Source: an uncultured Ruminococcus sp.
Lineage (GTDB): Bacteria > Bacillota > Clostridia > Oscillospirales > Acutalibacteraceae
Length of the DNA stretch: 64,000 nt
Direction of reading: 5' to 3'
Assembly (NCBI GenBank): GCA_902761345.1
Contig: CACWKD010000005.1
Span: 15,892-79,891 of the forward strand
Numbering within the stretch: the first letter of the stretch is position 1; the number at the start of each line of letters is the position of its first letter. Shown piece by piece: positions 40,595 through 51,117 of the stretch. The position numbers were made by a program, and so were the translations under genes. A model generated the notes under the pieces. That model worked only from the letters and a program-made list of their open reading frames with translations, did not search any database and was not told where the DNA came from.

Positions 40595-42292
40595 TCACTT
40601 ATGCTCATCTATATTCTTCTTAATTTGTTCAAATGTTACTCCGTACTTTACGGCTATATCCCTTGCATAGCTTACTCCCTGCGGCGGCGCTATGCTTACT
40701 CTGAATGACCTTGCTCCGTTCTCTACTTCTGTAACCAAACTCTCAACTTTACTTGTACCGTCGATTTCAGAATTCAATCTGTCAAGATTTCTTGCAAGCT
40801 CGTGCATATGCGTGTTGAATATAGTTCTTGTTCCTACATAACGCATAGATTTTACAACGTCCTTTGCAATATACAAACCCTCCGCAACATTAGTTGTCGC
40901 AAGACTTTCGTTAAACAAAAGCAAACTTCTGTCTGTTGCTTTCTCGAATATCTCCGCAATTCTCTGCGACTCCTCGCCCAGTCTGCCCAAATCAACCGTG
41001 TCGTTCTCGTCCGCAGGAAAATGCGTATAAATATTGTCGCACGGACTGAATTTAAAATCGCTTGCAGGTACATATATTCCGTTCTGCGCAAGCAGGCACG
41101 CAAGCCCTACCGCCTGTGTAAAGGTCGTTTTTCCTCCGCGGTTCGGCCCTGTCATTATATATATTCTGCCCTTGTCGGAAAATTCAAAATCATTTCCTAT
41201 TATCTCAAACTCCTCGCCCTGTGTGCGTTTTATGGCAAGCTTCAAATTGTATATTCCCTTTGTATACAGTTCTCGGTCTGCTGTCGGAAGTACCTGCGCT
41301 TTGCAGAGCGTCAGACCCTTTTGCTGTATCTTCTCTATAAGCTCCGCCCAGCGTATGTAAAAAATAATTTCCGGTACAAGCGATACAAGCTTAAAGCCGC
41401 TTATACCTATGTACTTTTGCAGAGTATTCTTTATTTCCTTAACTATCTTTTTTACTATCGCTGTTACGGTTTTTGTCATATTTGCGGAAAGCTGGTCTGA
41501 ACCTGTCGGCGGTTCCGTTTTCATTATACTGTGTACCTCGTTCTGTGCCCCTATTACAACTACTCCCATACCAACCTTACCGGGTTTTTGGTTCTGAGGG
41601 TGGAATGATTTTAAGCTAGTAAACGCAGTACCGGTATAGAGTTCATCGTTTTGAGATGTAAAGCTCATAAAGTTCTTTAAAAGTCCGCTGTCTGTTATAG
41701 TGTGGGTATTTAAGGATATTATTCCCGCATCGGTCGGTCTTAAAAAGCTGTCAAGATTTACTCCTATCGTAATGCTCTTTATACGCCTTGCCTTATCTAA
41801 GGTTTCCGCTATATCCTGCTTTAGCTGCGGAAATCCGGTGTTATCGTGTATATCCGTTACGATCTCTTTAAGCTTTTTTAAACCCTCGGAATGTATCTCT
41901 ATATTTTCAAGAGAGTTCTTAATGCTCGTTATACAGTTTACATATCCGTCTATCTCACGTAGTCTGTTAATAAGCTGCCAGAGGTCGGAGGCGTCCGTAT
42001 CCTTTTGGAACTTTTCAAGCTCTCTCAACTCCGAAAGGTCGGTAAGCAGTTCTTCAAGCTGAGTTCGGAGAATGGGGTTTCTGAGAAGGTCGTCAAAAAT
42101 ATCACCTCTATACTTTATTACACGTTCATCATCTGTAATGTTTGTCATAAGGTTTTTAATGCTGTTTCGCTCGAATATTTCTTTTGTAAGATTTTCGCAG
42201 ACGTAATCTATCGAAAGATCGTTTACCGCCTGCACTGTCAATGTGTTGTACTTTACGTCAATATTATCGGGGTGTAATAAACTGAAATCCAT
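40595..42292 (-). CDS. MutS-related ATPase. It has only the core and ATPase domains and lacks the mismatch-binding domain.
   Basis: Walker A MTGPNRGGKTTFTQAVGL, H-loop region IFNTHMHEL, atypical Walker B LLLFNESLATTNVAEG; 565 aa. Confidence 0.75.
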   Translation of the reverse strand: MDFSLLHPDNIDVKYNTLTVQAVNDLSIDYVCENLTKEIFERNSIKNLMTNITDDERVIKYRGDIFDDLLRNPILRTQLEELLTDLSELRELEKFQKDTDASDLWQLINRLREIDGYVNCITSIKNSLENIEIHSEGLKKLKEIVTDIHDNTGFPQLKQDIAETLDKARRIKSITIGVNLDSFLRPTDAGIISLNTHTITDSGLLKNFMSFTSQNDELYTGTAFTSLKSFHPQNQKPGKVGMGVVVIGAQNEVHSIMKTEPPTGSDQLSANMTKTVTAIVKKIVKEIKNTLQKYIGISGFKLVSLVPEIIFYIRWAELIEKIQQKGLTLCKAQVLPTADRELYTKGIYNLKLAIKRTQGEEFEIIGNDFEFSDKGRIYIMTGPNRGGKTTFTQAVGLACLLAQNGIYVPASDFKFSPCDNIYTHFPADENDTVDLGRLGEESQRIAEIFEKATDRSLLLFNESLATTNVAEGLYIAKDVVKSMRYVGTRTIFNTHMHELARNLDRLNSEIDGTSKVESLVTEVENGARSFRVSIAPPQGVSYARDIAVKYGVTFEQIKKNIDEHK

Positions 42293-42511
42293 ATCTGTTC
42301 CTCCCGTAACCTTTTTTCTTAATTATAAACCCTCTATCTAAAGATAAACTGAAGATTTTTCATTTTTTAGTAAAAAACTCATTATTTTTTAAACTTACTA
42401 TGGACTAACCGCTCCGGTTCAAACTCTGTAATAATCTTATTACAGCAAGAATATAATTACAATGAGTAGGCGGATTTCTTTGTAAACAATTTGTTAAAAA
42501 CAAAATACCCC

Positions 42512-42540
42512 TTGATTTTTTCCTGAATATGGTATAGAAT
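42512..42540 (+). promoter_or_regulatory. Sigma-A promoter of groES-groEL
   Basis: TTGATT (42512-42517), 17 nt, TAGAAT (42535-42540). It sits immediately upstream of the CIRCE element. Confidence 0.7.
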
Positions 42541-42544
42541 ATAC

Positions 42545-42571
42545 TTAGCACTCAAAGATTAAGAGTGCTAA
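42545..42571 (+). promoter_or_regulatory. CIRCE operator (HrcA binding site)
   Basis: A perfect TTAGCACTC-N9-GAGTGCTAA lies between the promoter and the groES RBS. Confidence 0.95.
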
Positions 42572-42889
<318 letters not shown>

Positions 42890-42903
42890 TTTTCAGGAGG
42901 TAA

Positions 42904-44535
<1,632 letters not shown>

Positions 44536-44559
44536 TATAATAATTATCCCTTTTCTATT

Positions 44560-44593
44560 GAACGGATCGCTTCGGCGGTTCGTTCTTTTTTTA
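44560..44593 (+). terminator. Rho-independent terminator of groEL
   Basis: GAACGGATCGC TTCG GCGGTTCGTTC imperfect stem followed by TTTTTTT. Confidence 0.7.
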
Positions 44594-44602
44594 CAAAAGA
44601 AA

Positions 44603-44631
44603 AGCAGACAGTATCTAACCGCTGTCTGCTT
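44603..44631 (-). terminator. Terminator hairpin of the folE/HD operon
   Basis: AGCAGACAG..CTGTCTGCT stem. On the minus strand it is followed by TTTTCTTTTGT. Confidence 0.7.
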
Positions 44632-44637
44632 TGTCTA

Positions 44638-45129
44638 TTATAATGTAATATTTCTATTCTTCAATTCCTCGCTCCAATAGCACTCGTCTTTGGCATTACA
44701 GCAAAAGCACATTCTTGAAAGCTTATCGGCTTTGTACAAAATCGCACCAAGTGACCTATCATTTATATCGGCAGGTGTACGATGAACGCTTATCGCTTTA
44801 CAGATAATCTCAACCTCGTCGCTGTTAAACCCACACTCGGCAAGAAGTTTTTTTGCTGTCCTCTCGCCTGCTTTATTATGCGGCGTACCGTCCTTGTACT
44901 GCTCGTACCGTCCTATATCGTGCAGAAGTGCCGCAGCATATATTATATCCTTGCTGTATGGCAGATTTTCTTCAAGCTTAATTATATACATTATCCTTGC
45001 CGTATCAAGCAAATGCTCGATCCCATGACGGCAATATTTTCTCTCTCCTTCAAGCTCCTTAATGCTATTCAGCAAAAACAAATACTCACTGTTTTCAAGA
45101 AGTCTGTTGTATCTGCCGCCTATACTCAT
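44638..45129 (-). CDS. HD-domain metal-dependent phosphohydrolase
   Basis: H..HLLDTARI and AALLHDIGR (the HD motif); 163 aa. Its ATG overlaps the folE stop (ATGA). Confidence 0.8.
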   Translation of the reverse strand: MSIGGRYNRLLENSEYLFLLNSIKELEGERKYCRHGIEHLLDTARIMYIIKLEENLPYSKDIIYAAALLHDIGRYEQYKDGTPHNKAGERTAKKLLAECGFNSDEVEIICKAISVHRTPADINDRSLGAILYKADKLSRMCFCCNAKDECYWSEELKNRNITL

Positions 45130-45683
45130 TTTGTACGCACCATATCCATAAACATACGCTGTTTTTCGTAATTATCCTTAAAACAACCCCTTGCCGCATA
45201 AGTTACAGTTTGGCTGCCGGGTTTTTTAATTCCTCTCATCGACATACACATATGCTCAGCCTCCAGCATTACCATAACGCCTTGTGGTGCAAGGAATTTT
45301 ACCAGTGCGTCTGCTATCTGAGATGTAAGCTGCTCCTGTATCTGAGGACGTCTTGCATACACCTCTACCGCCCTTGCAAGCTTGCTTAAACCTACTACCT
45401 TTCCGTTCGGTATATATGCAACATGTGCTTTCCCGAAAAACGGCAGCAGGTGATGTTCGCACGTTGAGTAAAACATTATATCCTTTACAAGAACTATATC
45501 ATTATTATCTACCGTAAACTGCTTCGATAAATGCTCCTCAGCCGTTTTTCCAAGACCGCCGTAAATCTCCTCACACATTCTTGCAACTCTGTCCGGAGTT
45601 TCCAGAAGACCTTCTCTTGTAACGTCCTCTCCTATTCCCTCTAAAAACAGAGTAACCGCCTGCTTTATCTTTTCACTATCCAT
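45126..45683 (-). CDS. folE: GTP cyclohydrolase I. The start is at MDSEKIK, which is preceded by GGGAGG, and is internal to ORF 45126..45725.
   Basis: [77 protein letters not shown]. Confidence 0.95.
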   Translation of the reverse strand: MDSEKIKQAVTLFLEGIGEDVTREGLLETPDRVARMCEEIYGGLGKTAEEHLSKQFTVDNNDIVLVKDIMFYSTCEHHLLPFFGKAHVAYIPNGKVVGLSKLARAVEVYARRPQIQEQLTSQIADALVKFLAPQGVMVMLEAEHMCMSMRGIKKPGSQTVTYAARGCFKDNYEKQRMFMDMVRTK

Positions 45684-45689
45684 AATAAA

Positions 45690-45840
45690 ACGAACCTCCC
45701 GTGCAGATAAGTCCGACAGCCGCACAAGAGGTATCTATGTAGCAGCGGAATGCGGCAGCGAAATCGCAAGCATAGCTTTTCGTCCTTTGACAACTTCCTG
45801 TTCAAAAGGCACTTAACGCTTCGCAGCCTACTCTGCAATT
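45690..45840 (-). promoter_or_regulatory. THF (tetrahydrofolate) class I riboswitch with an SD-sequestering, terminator-like expression platform
   Basis: The minus-strand RNA reads GCAGAGUAGGCUGCGAAGCGUUAAGUGCCUUUUGAACAGGAAGUUGUCAAAGGACGAAAAGCUAUGCUUGCGAUUUCGCUGCCGCAUUCCGCUGC. It shares AGAGUAG, GCGUUAAGUG, ACGAA and GCAU.CCGCU, and the P1/P2/P3 pairing pattern, with the E. siraeum THF aptamer as I remember it. Downstream, the hairpin CCUCUUGUGC...GCACGGGAGG covers the SD and is followed by UUCGUUUUAUU and then the AUG. Confidence 0.85.
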
Positions 45841-45957
45841 TATTATTTATATTATCAGTATAGCACACTCCGACAAAATAATCAACGGATTACCATACAA
45901 CTATTTGAAGTACATTTTATTATTATTGTGGAAAAAGACAGTATCGTTCACTTTGTT

Positions 45958-46135
45958 TGCTCGATGAATAATGAATAACGAATAGTTAATAGTTCAAAGT
46001 TATTAGCTCAAAGTTTGCATCTCCCCACCAACTTTAAATTATATGCTTTGAGCTAACAACTCCATTCCTAACTCCTAATAAAAAAACTCCACACTCCACA
46101 CTCCACTCTCCAAATTCCGCACTTTAAAAAAAGCT
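45958..46135 (-). repeat. Inverted copy of the heptamer-array intergenic repeat family
   Basis: The reverse complement reads GTGTGGAGTTTTTTTATTAGGAGTTAGGAATGGAGTTGTTAGCTCAAAGCATATAATTTAAAGTTGGTGGGGAGATGCAAACTTTGAGCTAATAAC...CTATTCGTTATTCATTATTCATCG. This is collinear with 1757-1880. On the plus strand there is an extra CTCCACA tandem. Confidence 0.8.
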
Positions 46136-46171
46136 CCACACTTGAAAAAAATCTTGATTCCTTATTATACT

Positions 46172-46807
46172 TTAAAGTTTAGAGTAGCCGAAGCTGTTTA
46201 CTAATGCTTCTATCTTCTCGCCTTTCTGACAAATCGGGCATTGATGAGGTTTGTAACTCTCATAGTCGCCAAGGTCATTCGGGTCAAATATAGATACTAC
46301 GTCTTGTCCGTCGCATTCATCTACTGTGGAGAATATCGACGCAACTCCCGTTACTTTGCCGCCGTAATAATTTACAGCGTCCATTGCTGCCAGCACACTC
46401 TTTCCTGTTGTTACAGATGCTGCAAGAACAAGCACATTCTTGCCTGAAATCATTGGCACAAGATTATCTCTGAACATTATCTGTCCGCCTGATACAAGTT
46501 CGGGTGTTACAACATACATAGTCTGGTGTGCGTTCATATTGAGATAGTGGTCGCCTGTAAGCTCCTCTGCCATACAGGTTCCTACTACCTGCATACCGTC
46601 TATGCAAAGTATTGTGTCTATAATAGTATTTACACCATAATGCTTTGCTATCTCGCTTGCTACCGCCTTTGCTTCCGACAAACGCATCTTCTGTATAGTT
46701 ACATCTATAAAATAGTTTGTGTGTAAGTGCATTGTTGCAAAATGACCTTTCCTTACTCGAAGAAACACATCGGGGTTTTTCGTTCTGATTTTAAAAGCTT
46801 CTGACAT
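46172..46807 (-). CDS. Phosphoribosyltransferase-family protein (type I PRTase fold)
   Basis: PRPP-binding loop NVLVLAASVTTGKSV; 211 aa; C-terminal CPICQKG. RBS AGGTGA. Confidence 0.65.
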   Translation of the reverse strand: MSEAFKIRTKNPDVFLRVRKGHFATMHLHTNYFIDVTIQKMRLSEAKAVASEIAKHYGVNTIIDTILCIDGMQVVGTCMAEELTGDHYLNMNAHQTMYVVTPELVSGGQIMFRDNLVPMISGKNVLVLAASVTTGKSVLAAMDAVNYYGGKVTGVASIFSTVDECDGQDVVSIFDPNDLGDYESYKPHQCPICQKGEKIEALVNSFGYSKL

Positions 46808-46911
46808 TTTATCACCTGCTGTTTTTTATTTTCTATTATTATAGTACAACATTTTGCACGGAAAATCAAGTGTTTATTTAATATTATTGTTAAAAACGAA
46901 AGCACAGATAA

Positions 46912-48939
46912 TCATTCCGATTTATTGCTGTTTGCAGGAATTGCTTCCCTATGTAATTTTATAAGCTGTTTTATAGCCTCCTCACCTATATCGTACCTTT
47001 CGGCAAGCTGCGTTACTCTTTGCTCCATATAATCAAGCAGAATATGGTCGCTTATCGGAGATACGCTGTCCCAAAGGTGAAATAATTCATTTTTATCGTC
47101 AATGTTTATCTCCTTTGCTCCCTTTATAATTCGCTCTGTGTTTATGTCTATATATTTCTGTGCGTCACTTCCAAATGCCCACTCAAATTCCTGCAAAATC
47201 GCCGTATCCTCGCTTACTCTGTCTGTGCGTTCGCTTAATTTGTACGGTCTGCTGTATCCTACTGCTTCAAGTGCGTCTGTGATAGTCTTTCTCACACTGC
47301 CCTCTTCAATTATATAACCAAGTCCATAGCTTCTTAACTCCTCGTTTACCTTAGATATATGTTCCACCAAAAACAGCCTTATCCCACGTTTCTTTAAATT
47401 CTTATAAAGTATGTCAAGAGTCTGCGCTCCCGTTGTATCTATACTTCCTATTCCGCTTGCATCTACTATTATATACCGTGTATCGTCTTTTATAGAATTT
47501 TCAATATCTCGTCTGAACCCCTCCACATTCGCAAAAAACAAGTTGCCCTTAAACCTATATATAACAACCTTTTCTATGGGACGTGATTTTGCATAGGATG
47601 CAATATTATAGAAATGATTTCTGCCCGGAATTACTCCCAAAAACGCTGTCGGGGGTGCGCTCTCTCTGATTATTACATTTAAAAATGATAGAAGCACTCC
47701 TATCACAACACCGTAAATCGTACCAAAAACAAGAACACCCAAAAATGCAGCTATAAAAATCCCCATTTCCTTACGGCTGCTTTTTGCAAGTTTATGTGCA
47801 AGCTCAAACTCTGTTCCGCTCCACAACGCACATACAACAATAGATGTCAAAACCGGTACAGGAAGATAACCTATAAATCCTGCCGCAAACATCAGTATTA
47901 AAAGCATTACACCGGCAGCCGTAAGCGACACTATCTGACTTGTACCTTTGTTTCTGTCATTCATTGTAGTTCTTGAAACGCTGCCGTTGAGCGGACACAC
48001 CCCTATAAATGCAGCCGCAATATTGCATACAGAAAATGCAAGCAGTTCATTGTTGTCGTCTATTGCATAACTGTTTTTAAGTGCAAAATTCTTCTCTGCA
48101 AGCAGCGTTTCCGAGGCTATTACAACAGAAATAGACAAACTCGCTGTTAGTGCATAATAGCAGTTATCAAGAGTAAAATTCGGAACAGAAAATTTTCCCA
48201 AACCGCCTGCAACCTTTGGAAGCGTGTTTATCCCCCATATTTCACAGTAATTAAACAGAAACTGTCCACCTGCCGCTAAAAGCATTACTATTGCTGACAT
48301 TGGGATCTTCGGTATAAATTTTCCCGACAACATTATTACCGCTATGCAGAAAACGGATAATACAAGAGATACTGCATTAAAGCTTTCGTTAAACGATTTT
48401 AAAATATGCTTTACAAGCTCAAATATTTCACCCGTACCGGACTGCCCACCGAACAGTTTAGGTATTTGCATCAGTATGATAGTGCAGCATATTCCGCTGA
48501 TAAATCCACCCATTACAGGCGATGACACAAACCGTGTAAGACTTCCGAATTTCATCAGGCTAAACAACAAGAGCCATATTCCCGTAAAAAATGCTATTAT
48601 CGGAACTATCGTGAGTGCCTCTTCGCTGCCGCTTACTATTCCGAGCGAGGCAAGAGTTCCACCTACTAAAGCGGCAGGTGCGGCGTCAACTCCGAATATA
48701 CATTGTGGTGAAGATGACAAAACCGCAAACAGAAATACAGGTATCACAGACCCGTACAGACCATACTGAGGGGGAAGTCCTGCAATCTGTGCATATCCCA
48801 TTGAAATAGGTATCGACACAAGCGCGATGATAATACCGCTTAATATATCTGTTTTTATCTTATCTTTCCTAAATGATTTCAGCCCCTGCAGCATATCGTC
48901 ACCGCTTTCGTATTTTATATTTATTATAGGATACAGCAT
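46912..48939 (-). CDS. SulP-family anion transporter with a STAS domain and an extra C-terminal domain of about 110 aa. The start is possibly MLQGLKSF at 48894.
   Basis: DILSGIIIALVSIPISMGYAQIAGLPPQYGLYGS; multiple TM segments; STAS-like VVIYRFKGNLFFANVEGFRRDI..YIIVDASGIGSIDTTGAQTLDIL. Confidence 0.88.
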   Translation of the reverse strand: MLYPIINIKYESGDDMLQGLKSFRKDKIKTDILSGIIIALVSIPISMGYAQIAGLPPQYGLYGSVIPVFLFAVLSSSPQCIFGVDAAPAALVGGTLASLGIVSGSEEALTIVPIIAFFTGIWLLLFSLMKFGSLTRFVSSPVMGGFISGICCTIILMQIPKLFGGQSGTGEIFELVKHILKSFNESFNAVSLVLSVFCIAVIMLSGKFIPKIPMSAIVMLLAAGGQFLFNYCEIWGINTLPKVAGGLGKFSVPNFTLDNCYYALTASLSISVVIASETLLAEKNFALKNSYAIDDNNELLAFSVCNIAAAFIGVCPLNGSVSRTTMNDRNKGTSQIVSLTAAGVMLLILMFAAGFIGYLPVPVLTSIVVCALWSGTEFELAHKLAKSSRKEMGIFIAAFLGVLVFGTIYGVVIGVLLSFLNVIIRESAPPTAFLGVIPGRNHFYNIASYAKSRPIEKVVIYRFKGNLFFANVEGFRRDIENSIKDDTRYIIVDASGIGSIDTTGAQTLDILYKNLKKRGIRLFLVEHISKVNEELRSYGLGYIIEEGSVRKTITDALEAVGYSRPYKLSERTDRVSEDTAILQEFEWAFGSDAQKYIDINTERIIKGAKEINIDDKNELFHLWDSVSPISDHILLDYMEQRVTQLAERYDIGEEAIKQLIKLHREAIPANSNKSE

Positions 48940-49005
48940 TTTTCACAAAATTGCAAGAGTAAGTTTAAAAAAACAGCACCGCCCATAAAAGCGATGCCGT
49001 TTGGT

Positions 49006-51117
49006 TTATTCAAGCTCAAAAGCTCCAGTGTACAATTGATAATACTTACCCTTCTGAGAAATCAGTTCCTCGTGACTTCCTCTCTCTATAATCCTGCCTG
49101 CTTCAAGTACCATTATAACATCTGAGTTCTTTACAGTTGACAGTCTGTGTGCAATTACAAATACCGTCCTGCCGTGCATAAGCGAATCCATACCCTTTGT
49201 TACAAGCATTTCGGTTCTTGTATCAATAGAAGATGTCGCCTCGTCCAGTATCATTACGGGCGGGTCTGCAACCGCTGCTCTTGCAATAGAAACAAGCTGC
49301 CTTTGACCTTGCGAAAGACTTCCGCCTGTTCCGTCTATCATAGTGTTGTAGCCGTCGGGCAGTCTTGTGATGAAGTCATCTGCATTGGCGAGCTTAGCGG
49401 CAGCTATACACTCCTCGTCTGTTGCGTCAAGCTTTCCGTAGCGAATATTATCCATTATACTGCCGGTAAACAGGTTTGTATCTTGAAGAACAACTCCAAG
49501 CGATTTTCTCAAATCTGCTTTCTTAATCTTATTGATGTTAATTCCGTCATAGCGGATTTTTCCGTCTGCTATATCGTAGAATCTGTTGATAAGGTTTGTT
49601 ATAGTTGTCTTTCCTGCTCCTGTCGCTCCGACAAAAGCTACCTTGTGACCCGGCTCTGCATAAATAGACACATTATGTAAAACTATCTTCTCGGGAACAT
49701 ATCCGAAATCCACATCAAACAGACGTACATCACCTTTAAGCTCCGTATAGGTTGTAGTACCGTCGCCGTGAGGGTGTTTCCACGCCCAGATACCTGTTCT
49801 CTCCTCACAGGGGACGATCTCTCCGTTCTCGTGCTTTGCATTGACCAGCGTTACATATCCGTCGTCACGTTCGCTCTCCTCGTCAAGCAGCGAGAATATT
49901 CTCTGAGCACCTGCAAGTGCCATTACTATTGAATTGAACTGCTGAGATACATTTCCGAGAGGGCCTGAGAAACTCTTTGAAAGCTGCAAGAATGATACAA
50001 TAGCACCTACCGTTAAAACTCCTCCGCCTGTAAGAGAAATCAATGCTCCGACTATCGCAAGCACCGCATACTGCAAGTTACCTATGTTCATCATAATCGG
50101 CATTAGCATATTTGCGTACTTGTTCGCGTTGTATGCAGAGTCGTAAAGCTCATCGTTGAGTTTATCGAAATCCTCTTTTGTTTTATCCTCGTGGCAGAAT
50201 ACCTTGATTACCTTTTGACCTGTTATCATTTCCTCGATATAGCCATTGACTTTGCCTAAAGACTGCTGCTGTGCTATAAAGTACTTTCCGCTGTTTCCGC
50301 CTACCTTCTTTACAACAAGAAACTGTATCACACAGAACAGCAAAACAACTCCCGTAAGATATGGACTTGTATATACCATTGCGCAGAAAACAGCAACTAT
50401 TGTTACAATTGAGTTGAACACCTGCGGAATACTCTGAGAGATCATCTGTCTTAAAGTATCTGTATCGTTTGTGTAGTAGCTCATAATATCGCCGTGAGTA
50501 TGGGTGTCGAAATACTTTATCGGCAAGGTTTGCATATGCTTGAACATATCGTCACGCACTCTTTTCAGCACACCCTGAGAAATTGTAATCATTATTCTGT
50601 TGTAGAGATACGAAGCACTCACACCTATAAAATACACAACTCCCATTACTATAAGTGCCCTTATAAGAGGTGCAAAGTCAGGGTGTACTTGTGTAAGCAT
50701 TGGGGTAATATAGCTGTCTATGAGCAGTTTAATAAACATAGAGCCTGCTACATTCACTACTGCACTAACAAGAATACATATAAGCACAAGGAAAAATCTT
50801 GCCTTATAGCGTGAGAAAACATAATTGAGCAGTCTTTTTACCGTACTTTTATCCACCTTCGGCATAGGCGGCTTTCCACCCTTCGGGGGCATTTTACCCA
50901 TTTTATCGGCGGCGTTACTCTTTTCTTTTGCTTTTTGCGTTTGAGCTTCAACCGTCTTTTTGCTCTTTTCGGGTTCAGTAACTTTCTCAGCCTTCTGCTC
51001 CTTCTGAGGTTGTGGCTTTACCGTTTGTTCTCCCTTATCGGGTGTTTGCACATTCTTCTTTTCCTGCGTCTTTTCAGCAGAGGGGTTTTGCTTTTTCTTG
51101 TTTTTCTTCTTACTCAT
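49006..51117 (-). CDS. ABC exporter, fused permease/ATPase half-transporter, with a Lys/Glu/Gln/Pro-rich N-terminal extension of about 90 aa
   Basis: Six-TM exporter domain; Walker A GATGAGKTT; signature LSQGQRQLVSIARA; Walker B ILDEATSSID. Its ATG overlaps the end of the upstream ABC gene. Confidence 0.9.
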   Translation of the reverse strand: MSKKKNKKKQNPSAEKTQEKKNVQTPDKGEQTVKPQPQKEQKAEKVTEPEKSKKTVEAQTQKAKEKSNAADKMGKMPPKGGKPPMPKVDKSTVKRLLNYVFSRYKARFFLVLICILVSAVVNVAGSMFIKLLIDSYITPMLTQVHPDFAPLIRALIVMGVVYFIGVSASYLYNRIMITISQGVLKRVRDDMFKHMQTLPIKYFDTHTHGDIMSYYTNDTDTLRQMISQSIPQVFNSIVTIVAVFCAMVYTSPYLTGVVLLFCVIQFLVVKKVGGNSGKYFIAQQQSLGKVNGYIEEMITGQKVIKVFCHEDKTKEDFDKLNDELYDSAYNANKYANMLMPIMMNIGNLQYAVLAIVGALISLTGGGVLTVGAIVSFLQLSKSFSGPLGNVSQQFNSIVMALAGAQRIFSLLDEESERDDGYVTLVNAKHENGEIVPCEERTGIWAWKHPHGDGTTTYTELKGDVRLFDVDFGYVPEKIVLHNVSIYAEPGHKVAFVGATGAGKTTITNLINRFYDIADGKIRYDGININKIKKADLRKSLGVVLQDTNLFTGSIMDNIRYGKLDATDEECIAAAKLANADDFITRLPDGYNTMIDGTGGSLSQGQRQLVSIARAAVADPPVMILDEATSSIDTRTEMLVTKGMDSLMHGRTVFVIAHRLSTVKNSDVIMVLEAGRIIERGSHEELISQKGKYYQLYTGAFELE

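Noticed and set aside
45684-45725. The longer folE start ([17 protein letters not shown]..) given by the ORF track
   Set aside because: This stretch lies inside the riboswitch expression platform hairpin. The internal ATG (MDSEKIK) has a GGGAGG SD at the right distance and matches the usual FolE N-terminus. My manual base count around 45660 was also off by one relative to the ORF track, so non-coding coordinates here are approximate.
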